Notes under the pieces: generated by a model
The model's database searches: none
The model's input: only the letters and a program-made list of their open reading frames with translations
What the model was told of the DNA's origin: nothing
In this document: positions 46,746-55,996 of the stretch, in pieces
How positions within the stretch are numbered: the first letter of the stretch is position 1
Layout: the number at the start of each line of letters is the position of its first letter
Assembly (NCBI GenBank): GCA_963851265.1
Contig: CAWKNZ010000003.1
Coordinates: forward strand, 192,001-256,000
Length of the DNA: 64,000 bases
Direction: 5' to 3'
DNA from: an uncultured Gemmatimonadales bacterium
Lineage (GTDB): Bacteria; Gemmatimonadota; Gemmatimonadetes; Gemmatimonadales; Gemmatimonadaceae
Position numbers and translations under genes: made by a program

Positions 46746-47945
46746 ATGGCCCGCCTCCCAGTGCTCGAGTCAGACGCCGAGACGCTCGACCTGTTCGATC
46801 CCCCGCCGGCGGCGCCACTCCCCGCCGCGGCGGACGCCCCGGAGAGCGCGGCCGAGGCGCTCGCCGCGCCGGCGGGCGGATCGCCGACGGGGCGCCTGCT
46901 CCGCGTCGGCCGCATCTACCTCGAGCCCGGGGTGGCCGCCTACCCGCGCGGCCGCGAGATCCTCGCCCGCTTCCCCGACGCGGAGCGCGTCGAGGTGCCG
47001 TCGCACTGGAACATCCCGGGGCTGCACGGCAACGAGGGGCTCGTGAAGGACTGGACGCGGGTGAAGCGCGACACGCTCGTGTTGGGCGTTCGCAAGTCGC
47101 TCTCGTGCCGGCCTAACGGGCGGAGCGCGGACTACATCGCGCCCGGACTGTCCAACGGCTGCGCCATGGCCTGCGCGTACTGCTACGTCCCGCGCCGCAA
47201 GGGCCACGCGAACCCGATCACCACGTTCGTGAACGCCGACGAGGTGCTCGGCTTCCTGGAGCGCCACGCGCGCCGGCTCGGCCCCAAGCGCGAGCCCAAC
47301 CAGGTGGACCCCGAGGCGTGGGTGTACGACGTCGGCGAGAACGGCGACTGCTCGGTCGACGCGCTCGTGAGCGACAACGTCCGCGACACCGTCGCGCGCT
47401 TCGGCGCCCTGCCCAACGTGAAGGCGAGCTTCGCCACGAAGTACGTGAACCCCGCCCTGCTCGACTACGACCCGCGCGGGCGGACGCGCGTGCGCTTCTC
47501 GCTCATGCCGCCCCGCGTGGCGCGCGTGCTCGACGTGCGCACGTCGCCCGTCCCGCGGCGGCTGGCCGCGGCGTCGGACTTCGTGGCCGCCGGGTACGAG
47601 GTGCACCTCAACTTCTCGCCGGTGGTCGTCTACGACGGGTGGCTCGACGACTGGCGGGCGCTGCTGCGAGACGTCGACGACGCACTGTCGCCCGCGGCCA
47701 AGGCGCAGCTCGCGTGCGAGGTCATCTTCCTCACGCACAACGAGGCGCTGCACCTGGTGAATCTCGGCTGGCACCCGGCCGCGGAGGCGCTGCTCTGGAC
47801 GCCCGACAACCAGGAGGCCAAGGAGAGCGAGCAGGGGCAGCGCAACGTGCGGTACCGGACCGGGACGAAGGGGCGCTACGTCCGGGCGTTGGGCGAGCTG
47901 TTAGGCACGGAGCTGCCGTACTGCCGCGTGCGGTACGCGTTCTAG
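46746..47945 (+). CDS. Spore photoproduct lyase family radical SAM protein (copy 2, divergent type)
   Basis: HWNIP, RPNGRSAD, NGCAMACAYCYV (CxxxCxxC), YDVGENGD, FATK.VN, EVIFLTHN, VRYAF. Confidence 0.85.
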   Translation: MARLPVLESDAETLDLFDPPPAAPLPAAADAPESAAEALAAPAGGSPTGRLLRVGRIYLEPGVAAYPRGREILARFPDAERVEVPSHWNIPGLHGNEGLVKDWTRVKRDTLVLGVRKSLSCRPNGRSADYIAPGLSNGCAMACAYCYVPRRKGHANPITTFVNADEVLGFLERHARRLGPKREPNQVDPEAWVYDVGENGDCSVDALVSDNVRDTVARFGALPNVKASFATKYVNPALLDYDPRGRTRVRFSLMPPRVARVLDVRTSPVPRRLAAASDFVAAGYEVHLNFSPVVVYDGWLDDWRALLRDVDDALSPAAKAQLACEVIFLTHNEALHLVNLGWHPAAEALLWTPDNQEAKESEQGQRNVRYRTGTKGRYVRALGELLGTELPYCRVRYAF

Positions 47946-47983
47946 GCGCGTGGCGCGGGCCGGCGGGCCGCGGTCGAGGAACG

Positions 47984-48709
47984 TCAAGGCGCGTGGTGGC
48001 GCCGCGCGAGGCGGGCGAGCCAGTGGCGCGTCGTGAAGCTCGCCGCGGTGCCGACGATCGCGCCCGCGACGACGTCGCTCGCCCAGTGCGCGTCGTCGTG
48101 CACGCGCGACCACCCGACGAGCGCCGCGGTGCCGTACGCGACCGCGCCGACCCACGGGCGGTGCGTCTCGTCGGCGATGCCGGCCGCGAGGGCGAACGCG
48201 TGCGTCGCGTGTCCCGATGCGAACGAGTGCTCGCGGTCGGTGCCCGCGAACGGGCGGAAGTGATACGCGCCGTCGCCGGCGTATGGTCGCGCCCTCCCGA
48301 CGAGGGGCTTGAGCACCGACGTCACCGCGTCGGCCGCGACGTAGCCCGCGGCGACGCGGAGCGTCGCGCGCGCCCACGCGGGTTGCCGGCTCAACTCCGC
48401 GGCGGCGAAGCTGCCGCCGAGTCCGATGAGCGCGGTGCGGGCGAGGCCGAGCGGCTCGACGGCGCGCGCGGTCGCCTGCACGACGGGCGCGCCCGGGCGA
48501 TGCAGTTCACGGCGGAGCCAGCCGTCCGTCGCGGCCGTGCCGGCGAGCGCCGCTCCCGCGGCCGCCCAGAACGCGCGGTCGGCCGGCTGCAGCTGGGCGA
48601 GGGCGCGCGCGGGGGCGAACGCGGGAGCGAGTGCGACGCCCGCGGCGAGTGCGAGGGTGCGCGTCGTGGGCGCGCCGCGCGGGCGCGGCGGGGCGGGGAT
48701 GGGGCGCAT
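47984..48709 (-). CDS. PAP2 family phosphatase
   Basis: K..VGRARP, SFASGH, SRV....HWASDV. Confidence 0.9.
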   Translation of the reverse strand: MRPIPAPPRPRGAPTTRTLALAAGVALAPAFAPARALAQLQPADRAFWAAAGAALAGTAATDGWLRRELHRPGAPVVQATARAVEPLGLARTALIGLGGSFAAAELSRQPAWARATLRVAAGYVAADAVTSVLKPLVGRARPYAGDGAYHFRPFAGTDREHSFASGHATHAFALAAGIADETHRPWVGAVAYGTAALVGWSRVHDDAHWASDVVAGAIVGTAASFTTRHWLARLARRHHAP

Positions 48710-48764
48710 TGCGGACGTCCTGTCGTGGTCCTGCGGTGGACCGGTCTCGCGTAAGTTAGGCCGG

Positions 48765-50027
48765 GTGGACAACATCACCCATTCGCTCGCCGGGCTGCTG
48801 CTCGCCGAATCGGCGTGGCGGGCGCGGCGGGTGTGGGACCGCGAGGCGCCGGGTGCCGCATACCGGCCGACGGCGGCGATCGCGGCCGTGGTCGCCGCCA
48901 ACCTGCCCGACGTGGACGTGCTATACGGCGCGGCCCGCCGGCTCGACCCGCTGGCATCGCTGCTCCAGCACCGGGGTTACACGCACACGCTGCTCGCCGC
49001 GGCCGCGGGAGCGGTCGTGACGTGGGGGGTGGCCGTCGCCGCGGCGCGAACCGCGACGCGCGCGGACCGGTGGTGGCTGCTGGCGCTGATCGTCGTCGCG
49101 GTGCTGAGCCACCTCGCGCTCGACTGGACCAACGACTACGGCGTGCACCCGTTCTCGCCGTTCGACAACACCTGGCACTACGGCGACTCGGTATTCATCG
49201 TCGAGCCGTGGCTGTGGGTGGCCGCGGTGCCGCCGCTGCTGTTCGCCGCGCGGCGCCCGGGCGCCCGCGTCGCCCTCGGCCTCGTGCTCGGCGCCGCACT
49301 CGCGCTCGCGTGGGGGGTGTCGCTCGTGCCCCGGCCCGCCGCGCTGGCGCTCACCGTGGGCGCTGCCCTCGCCGTGGCCGCGTGCGCCCGGCTCGGGGGC
49401 GGCGCGCGCGCCGCGCTCGGCGTCGCGGGCTGGCTCGCCGCCGAGCTGGCGTTCGGGGCGGGCGCGCGCGCGGCGCGGGCGCAGGTGGTCGCCGCGGCGG
49501 CGTTAGGCGGCGGGCCGGGCGGCGCGCGCGTGGTCGACGTCGTGATCACGCCCGCGCCCGCCGACCCGCTCTGCGCCCGCGCGATCGCGGTCGAGACGGC
49601 CGGCCCGGCGGGCGCGGCGACCTACCGCGTGACCACCGCGTGGGCCGCCGCGCTGCCCGGCCTCGTGCCGGCCGCGCGCTGCGCTCCCCCGCCCGGGGGG
49701 CTGGCCGGAGCGCCGAGCCTGCCGATGCGCGTCCCGACCCGGGCGTCGACGCCCGGTGTGCGGTGGGAGCGCACGTGGGCCGCGCCGCTCGCCGAGCTCG
49801 TCGCGCTCGGCCGCGACAACTGTTGGGCGGCGGCGGTGCTGCGCTTCGCGCGCGTGCCGGCGTGGGCGCCCGACGGGCCCGACGCCCTCACGCTCGAGGA
49901 CCTGCGCTACGACCGCGGCGGCGGGGCCGGATTCGCGGGGTTCCGCATCCCGGCGCACCCGACCTCGTGCCCCGCGGGCGTGCCGCCGTGGCGGCCGCCG
50001 CGCGCGGACGTGCTGGGCGCGCGATAG
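48765..50027 (+). CDS. Metal-dependent inner-membrane hydrolase (YdjM family)
   Basis: DNITHSL, NLPDVD, HRGYTH, SHLALDWTNDYG, FIVEPW, DLRY. Confidence 0.88.
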   Translation: MDNITHSLAGLLLAESAWRARRVWDREAPGAAYRPTAAIAAVVAANLPDVDVLYGAARRLDPLASLLQHRGYTHTLLAAAAGAVVTWGVAVAAARTATRADRWWLLALIVVAVLSHLALDWTNDYGVHPFSPFDNTWHYGDSVFIVEPWLWVAAVPPLLFAARRPGARVALGLVLGAALALAWGVSLVPRPAALALTVGAALAVAACARLGGGARAALGVAGWLAAELAFGAGARAARAQVVAAAALGGGPGGARVVDVVITPAPADPLCARAIAVETAGPAGAATYRVTTAWAAALPGLVPAARCAPPPGGLAGAPSLPMRVPTRASTPGVRWERTWAAPLAELVALGRDNCWAAAVLRFARVPAWAPDGPDALTLEDLRYDRGGGAGFAGFRIPAHPTSCPAGVPPWRPPRADVLGAR

Positions 50028-50034
50028 CCCGCCG

Positions 50035-50685
50035 TCAGGCGACCGCGCCGCCCGCCCCGCGCCGCACGACCCACGTCATCATCGTGCGGCGCCCGTGCAC
50101 GACGGTGCTCTTGATGGGGTCGAGCAGTTCGCCGCCTAACGAGTCCGTCGCGGCGCGCAGCGTCGCCTCGTCGGCCAGGAACCACTCGGCGCCGTCGGGG
50201 AGGAGGTAGCGGCCGCGGCCGAGCGGGTGCACGTGGTTGTCGAGCCCCGTGCGGCCGGCGAGACGGCAGAAGAGCAGGCCGCCGGGGCGGAGCACGCGCC
50301 ACGTGCCGCGCAGCATCGCCTCGAAGTGCGCGGCGTCGCGCGCGAAGTGCAGCACCGCGCTGCTGACGACGACGTCCGCGATGGCGTCGGGGAAGGTCAT
50401 CGCCTCCACGGGCTCCGCGCGGAACGCGTCGACCGGCGTGTCCGCGGCGGCGGGGGCGAGCTCCGAGGCGAGGCGTCGCACGTCCGCGATCGCGGCGGGG
50501 TCGGCGTCGGCGCCGAGCACGCGGTAGCCCTCACGGAGGAAGTAGACGAGGTTGCGGCCGCTGCCGCAGCCCGCCTCGAGGATCGTGCTGCCCGGCGGGA
50601 TGTTGCCGCGCAGGAGCTGGTCGAACAGATAGACGTCGATCGCGCCGAAGGCGGCGCGCAGATCGGCCACGGGCTCGGGCTCCAC
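50035..50685 (-). CDS. Class I SAM-dependent methyltransferase
   Basis: IDVYLFDQL, LEAGCGSGRN, SAVLHFA, LRPGG. Confidence 0.9.
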   Translation of the reverse strand: MEPEPVADLRAAFGAIDVYLFDQLLRGNIPPGSTILEAGCGSGRNLVYFLREGYRVLGADADPAAIADVRRLASELAPAAADTPVDAFRAEPVEAMTFPDAIADVVVSSAVLHFARDAAHFEAMLRGTWRVLRPGGLLFCRLAGRTGLDNHVHPLGRGRYLLPDGAEWFLADEATLRAATDSLGGELLDPIKSTVVHGRRTMMTWVVRRGAGGAVA

Positions 50686-50686
50686 G

Positions 50687-51670
50687 TCAGGCCACCCGGC
50701 GGTCGGGCACCAGCACGACCTTCCCCCGCGCGCCGCCCGCCACCCGCCCGTACGCCTCCGCCGCCTGCGACAGCGGGTACCGCTCCGTGAGCGGCAGCGG
50801 CCGCAGCGTGCCCTCGTCGAACAGCGGCGCGAGTTCGGCCAGGATGTGCGCGCCCCGCACTGCGTCGATCGCTCCCGTGTTGACGCCCAACAGCTGCAAC
50901 CGCCGCCGGTAGAAGGCGAGCAGGTCGAGCGTCACCTCGCGCCCCGCCACCGCGGCGTAGACCGCCAGCCGCCCACCCTCGACCAGCGCGTCGAGCAGCG
51001 GCTGGAAGATGGCCCCCCCGACCCCGTTGAGGGCCACGTCCGCGCCGCGCCCGCCGGTCGCCTCGCGCACCACGTCGCCGAGGTCGTTCGCGTCGGAGTG
51101 CGCCACCGCGGCGACCTTGCTCCGGTCGAGTCGCCCGTCCTCTTCCGCACCCCGCACGAGCGCGACCACGCGCGCGCCGCGCGCGGCCGCGATCTCGACC
51201 GCCGCGCGCCCGACCGCGCCCGCCGCGCCCGACACGATCACCCACTCGCCTTCCGCGAGCCGGGCCGTGTCGACGAGCGCCGTCCACGCCGTCACGAACG
51301 GCACGCCCACCCCGGCCGCCTCCGCCGCCGACAGTCGCGCCGGACGGCGCGACACCGCACCGGCCGGCAGCACCACCTGCTCGGCGTGCGTGCCGTCGCG
51401 ACTGATGCCGAGGTCGCCGCCCGATCCCCACACCGCAGCGCCGACCCACTCGGGCGGCCCCTCGATCACGCGCCCCGCGAAGTCGCGCCCGAGCACGCGC
51501 GGCAGGGGCGAGTGCGGGAAGCGGCCCTCCGCACTCACCACGTCGCTCGGGTTGACGCCCGCGGCCTCGATCTCGACGCGCACGTCGCCCGGACCGAGCG
51601 GAGGCGGAGCTACGTCGCGCGGGGTGAGCGTGTCGACGGGGCCGTGGCGATCGATCTGCAGTGCCTGCAT
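50687..51670 (-). CDS. MDR family NADPH:quinone oxidoreductase-like
   Basis: AGVNPSD, PRVLGRDFAG, GAAGAVG, GKVVL; no catalytic Zn ligands. Confidence 0.9.
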   Translation of the reverse strand: MQALQIDRHGPVDTLTPRDVAPPPLGPGDVRVEIEAAGVNPSDVVSAEGRFPHSPLPRVLGRDFAGRVIEGPPEWVGAAVWGSGGDLGISRDGTHAEQVVLPAGAVSRRPARLSAAEAAGVGVPFVTAWTALVDTARLAEGEWVIVSGAAGAVGRAAVEIAAARGARVVALVRGAEEDGRLDRSKVAAVAHSDANDLGDVVREATGGRGADVALNGVGGAIFQPLLDALVEGGRLAVYAAVAGREVTLDLLAFYRRRLQLLGVNTGAIDAVRGAHILAELAPLFDEGTLRPLPLTERYPLSQAAEAYGRVAGGARGKVVLVPDRRVA

Positions 51671-51774
51671 CGTCGGAGCGAACTGGACGGAGAAGGTGGT
51701 CGGCCGCGGTGGCACGCCGTGCGGCCGACTGACTCACGGCGCGACGAAGGATAAGCGGCCCGGGCGCGCCCGGT

Positions 51775-52500
51775 TCAGCCGCTCGCCACCACGCGACGCG
51801 GCGGGTACACCGCCACCGCCGAGCCCTCGGCGACGAACGCGCTCGCCGGCGCCGCCGCGAGCGCGCTTTCCCACGCCGCCCCGTACAGCCCGCGCACGTC
51901 GGCGTCGAACTCCGGGCGCTCCACGGCCCACGTTCGCCACGGCGGGTGCTCCACCTGATACTCGACCGTCCCGCCGTCGCGCTGGCGCGTGTACCCCCAG
52001 TAGTGCTCGGCGACGAACGCCGTCTCGGAACCGGCGGACGGCGCCGTGGGCGCGCCCACCGCCGTCGCGGCCGCGCGCTGCCAGCGGCCGGCGGTGCGCC
52101 ACTCGTACGCGACCCGCCCGGGTGCGTCCGTCGGCCCCCGCGGCGCGACGCTGCGCATCGGCACCGCGCGGTACGGCTCGTTGTACCCGAGGCGCGCGAC
52201 CACCGCGATCGCGGCCCGCGGCACGAGTTCGCGCACGAACGTCGCCGCGCGCCGCACCTCGCCGCCGGGCAGCTCGCGCCGCACGTAGAAGCGCAGGTTC
52301 ACCTCGTCGAAGTCGCGGTGGAACGGGACCGGGACGCCTAACAGCCGCGTGCGAAGGAAGCGGAAGCCGACGATGCTCGCGATCGCGCGACCGCGGTAGA
52401 GGTCGAGCACCGTGCCGCGGGGCGCGAGCGGCGCGAGCAGCGCCGGGTCGACGTCGTAGTTGAGCATCAGCAGGTAGCGCCACTCCGCCCGCAGAAACGG
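51775..52500 (-). CDS. DUF2071 (YqjF-like) protein; start unclear
   Basis: FL.AEWR.L.MLNY.VDP, F.EVNLRFYV, YNEPY, F..EHYWGY, YQVEHP.W. Confidence 0.85.
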   Translation of the reverse strand, partial: PFLRAEWRYLLMLNYDVDPALLAPLAPRGTVLDLYRGRAIASIVGFRFLRTRLLGVPVPFHRDFDEVNLRFYVRRELPGGEVRRAATFVRELVPRAAIAVVARLGYNEPYRAVPMRSVAPRGPTDAPGRVAYEWRTAGRWQRAAATAVGAPTAPSAGSETAFVAEHYWGYTRQRDGGTVEYQVEHPPWRTWAVERPEFDADVRGLYGAAWESALAAAPASAFVAEGSAVAVYPPRRVVASG

Positions 52501-52573
52501 AACGCGCGATCCCGCGCGCCGCGGCGCACCGACGGGCGGCGCAGGCCCCCGGCCGCCCCGCTCGTCGTTGGGC

Positions 52574-55500
52574 TCACGGCGCCGGCGCCCCGCGCGCCCG
52601 CTCCGCGGCCGCCGCCGCAGCGGTCGCGCGTAGCCGTGCTTCGACGGCGGCGCGCGCCGCCGCCACGGCGGCCGTGTCGAACTCGTGGCGCGACCCGCCG
52701 CCCGACGCGGGGAAGAAGAAGCTGAACGCCGCGGGCTCGGCGTGGATCGCGGCGAGGGCGGCCGCGTACAGCGCGCGCTGCGTCGCGTACCCCGCAGCCA
52801 CACCCGCCTCGCCCCCGGCCGCGACGCGGTTGGTCTTGTAGTCGAGCACCTCGACCGCGGACCCGCCCGCGCGCGCCGCGTCCGCCACTCGGGCGACGAG
52901 GTCCATCGCCCCGTGCAGCACGTGCGGCGTGCCGTCGACCACGGCGAACCAGGTGAACGCCAGCTCGCGCTCGACCGCCTCGGCGTCCAGCAGCCGCCGC
53001 ACGTCGGGGTGCGCGCGGGTCGCCTCGACGAGCCGCGCGATGCGTGCGACCTCCGCCGGCGGCAGCCCACCCATCCCTTCGCGCTCCAGCAGGGCTTCGA
53101 GGTCGCGCCGAGCGTCGCGCGCGACGCCGCCGTCCTCTTCGAGCAGCCGGTGCACGAGGTCGCCGGCGGTTCGGGCGTCGAGCGCGGGCGCCGCACCGGC
53201 TCCGCGCGCCTCGTGCGGCACGCCGGCCGCCGGCTCGGGGCGCAGGCCGAGCACGTACTGCCGCCGGTGCGCGGCGGGGTCCCGTTCGAAGGCCATCAGC
53301 TCCGTCGCCGACCGCCGCCCGAACGGCACCGCGTCCACCCCCGCCACACGCCGGAGCAGCGCGGGGTCGAGTCGCGCCTCGCCCGCCACGTCCGCGAACG
53401 CCAGCTCGGCGGCCGCCACCTCGGCGTGCTCCGGCCGTGCCTCGCCCGCGGCGTCGCCCGCCGCGCCCTGTGCGGCACTCCGTGCCGCGATCCCGTCCGT
53501 TAGGCCGAGTGCGCCGAGCAGCCAGCGCGCGGGGCACGCCGCCGCCGCCGGCTTCGCGCCCGCGCCGGCGACGCGCGCGGGGAGGATGAGCCGCGCGCGC
53601 GCCCGCGTCGCCGCGACGTACGCGACGCGCAGCTCCTCCGCCAGCTCGCGCGCCGCCGCGCCCGCCTGCGCGCACGTCCACGCGGCGGCGACGCGGGTGA
53701 CCTTCGCGCCGGGCGCGCGCTCCTGCAGCCGCAGCGTCGCGCCTAACGCCGGGTCGAGCAGGCACGCGGGCGGGCCGAACCCGCCGCCGGCCGCGTCGCG
53801 TTCGAGGTCGCAGAGCACGACGGCCTCCCACTCGAGCCCCTTCGCGCCGTGCACGGTGGCGAGCGTGACCACGTCCTCGCCGGCCCCGTACAGCGGCGCC
53901 TCGCCCTCGCGCGCCTCGCGCCGCGCCTCCGCCGCGCGCCGCCGGTCGAGCCACGCGACGAACGCGGCGAGCGACGCGCCGCCCGCGTCCGCGCTCGCGT
54001 CGAAGGCGTCGGCGAGTTGCACGAGCTTGCGCACGTTCGCGAGCGCGCGCGCGCCGTCGGGTCCGCGCAGCAGCACGGCCGCATAGCCCGTCCGCTCGAG
54101 CGCGCGCTCCAGCAGCGCGGCCACGGGCACGCGGTCGCGCAGAAGGGCGAGCTCGTCGAGCCACGCGCGCGCCGAGGCGATGGCGCGCGCGTCGTCGGGG
54201 GCGAACGCGTGCGCGGCCGCCCCGGGCGGCACGTCCGTCGCCCCGGCCGCGCGCGCGAACGCCAGCGCGAGCGGTGCCTCGGGGTCGGCCCGTCGCACGC
54301 GCAGCAGCGCGTCGTCCGTGAGCCCGACCAGCGGCGAGCGGAGTAGCCCGAGCCACGCCACGTCGTCGTGCGCGTCCGAGACCGCGCGCAGCAGGAGTCC
54401 GCAATCGAGCACCGCGCGCGCGCCGTAGAACCCGGCCCCGCCCGCGACGTGGCACGGCACCCCCGCCGCGCGCAGCGCGTCCTCGTAGGCGGCCATGTGC
54501 GTCCGGTTGCGAAAGAGCAGCGCGACCTCGCGCGGCCGTAGCCCCGCCGCGCCGTCGGGCGTGCCACCGGCGAGGAGCGCGCGGACGCGCGCGGCCACGG
54601 CGCGGGCCTCCGCCGTGCGGCGTACGTCCACGGTGCGTGCGTCGTCGGGAGAGTCGACGAGCAGTATCTCCACCGCGCCGTCCGCACGCGACGCGTCGGG
54701 CGCGGGGCGCAGCGGGCGGAACCGGACTTCGTGGCTCGGCGCCGCCTCGTCGTCCACGGCGGGCATGAGCGCGCCGAACGCCGCGTTCACGTAGTCGACG
54801 AGCGCGGCCCCGCTCCGAAAGCTCGTGTCGAGCGCGATCCGCGGCGCGCCGAGCCGGGCGAAGTCGCGGGCCACCGCGTCCCAGAGCGAGACGTCGGCCC
54901 CGCGGAACGCGTAGAGGCTCTGCTTCGGGTCGCCGACCACGCAGAGCGAGGGCGCGGACAGCGCGAACCCCCTCGGCGCGGGCGAGCCGCCGGGAGCGGC
55001 GTCCAGCGCGTCGAGCGCCTCGCGCACACCGCAGACGAGGTACGCGACGTCGCGCTGCGCGGGATCGGTGTCCTGGAATTCGTCGACGCACAGCCAGCGG
55101 AGCCGCGCGCGCACCGCGCGCCGCACGCCGGGGTGGTCGGTCAGGAGGGCGCGCGCGCCCGCGACGAGCGCGTCGTAGTCGAGCGCGCCCGCCGCGGCGA
55201 GCGCCGTCGCGTGCCGCGCCCGCACCTCGCCCGCGATGCCCAACAGCGTCGCGCCGAGCGCGGCGGCCTCGCCGTCGAGCCGCTCGTCCCACGCCGGCGC
55301 CGCGCCCGCGGACGCGGCGGCCGAAACGGCCGCGCGCAGCCGCTCGAGGTGCGCCGACGACGGCGCCGCGCGCGGCCCGTCGCGCCCGGGCGCGCAGCCG
55401 GCCTCGCGCGCGGCGTCCAGCGCGTCGCCCGCGGCGGCGAGGCGCGCGGCCTCGCGCACCAGGCCCTCCACGCCCAGTCGGAGCGCGAGCGCCGCGGCCG

Positions 55501-55996
55501 GCGCCGCGCCCCCCGCGGGGTCGCCTAACGTGCGGAGCACGACCTCGCGCGCCGCGCGCGTCCGGAACTCCGCCGCCTCCGCCTCGTCGAGGACGCGGAA
55601 CGCGGGGTCCAGCCCCGCACGCACCCCGAACTCGCGCAGCAGGCCGCCGCAGAACCCGTGGATCGTGCCGACGCGCGCGCCATCGACGGCGTAGGCCATC
55701 CGGCGCCAGCGCGCGTCGCGCGTCGCGCGGTACTCGCGGTGCAGCCGCTCGCGAAGCGCGCCCTTGAGGTCCGCGGCCGCCGCCTCGGTGAAGGTGATCG
55801 CGGCCACCTCGTCGAGCGTGCACGGGCGCGCGGCGCGCTCGCCCGGGAGGACGTCGGCGCCGAGGTGGTGCGCGAGCTTCGCGACGAGGGTGGTCGTCTT
55901 GCCCGAGCCCGCGCCCGCCTCGATGAGCGTGTGCCCCTCGCGGCGCACGGCCTCGCGCTGGGCGTCGGTGTAGGTGCGCTGCGCGGGCGCGGTCAC
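52574..55996 (-). CDS. addA: AddA-like UvrD/SF1 helicase with C-terminal RecB-type nuclease
   Basis: AGAGSGKT, TFT, TIHGFC, DEFQDT, VGDPKQSLY.FRGAD, TVHGAKGLE, VAATRAR; G.MDL...DYKT. Confidence 0.88.
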   Translation of the reverse strand: MTAPAQRTYTDAQREAVRREGHTLIEAGAGSGKTTTLVAKLAHHLGADVLPGERAARPCTLDEVAAITFTEAAAADLKGALRERLHREYRATRDARWRRMAYAVDGARVGTIHGFCGGLLREFGVRAGLDPAFRVLDEAEAAEFRTRAAREVVLRTLGDPAGGAAPAAALALRLGVEGLVREAARLAAAGDALDAAREAGCAPGRDGPRAAPSSAHLERLRAAVSAAASAGAAPAWDERLDGEAAALGATLLGIAGEVRARHATALAAAGALDYDALVAGARALLTDHPGVRRAVRARLRWLCVDEFQDTDPAQRDVAYLVCGVREALDALDAAPGGSPAPRGFALSAPSLCVVGDPKQSLYAFRGADVSLWDAVARDFARLGAPRIALDTSFRSGAALVDYVNAAFGALMPAVDDEAAPSHEVRFRPLRPAPDASRADGAVEILLVDSPDDARTVDVRRTAEARAVAARVRALLAGGTPDGAAGLRPREVALLFRNRTHMAAYEDALRAAGVPCHVAGGAGFYGARAVLDCGLLLRAVSDAHDDVAWLGLLRSPLVGLTDDALLRVRRADPEAPLALAFARAAGATDVPPGAAAHAFAPDDARAIASARAWLDELALLRDRVPVAALLERALERTGYAAVLLRGPDGARALANVRKLVQLADAFDASADAGGASLAAFVAWLDRRRAAEARREAREGEAPLYGAGEDVVTLATVHGAKGLEWEAVVLCDLERDAAGGGFGPPACLLDPALGATLRLQERAPGAKVTRVAAAWTCAQAGAAARELAEELRVAYVAATRARARLILPARVAGAGAKPAAAACPARWLLGALGLTDGIAARSAAQGAAGDAAGEARPEHAEVAAAELAFADVAGEARLDPALLRRVAGVDAVPFGRRSATELMAFERDPAAHRRQYVLGLRPEPAAGVPHEARGAGAAPALDARTAGDLVHRLLEEDGGVARDARRDLEALLEREGMGGLPPAEVARIARLVEATRAHPDVRRLLDAEAVERELAFTWFAVVDGTPHVLHGAMDLVARVADAARAGGSAVEVLDYKTNRVAAGGEAGVAAGYATQRALYAAALAAIHAEPAAFSFFFPASGGGSRHEFDTAAVAAARAAVEARLRATAAAAAAERARGAPAP

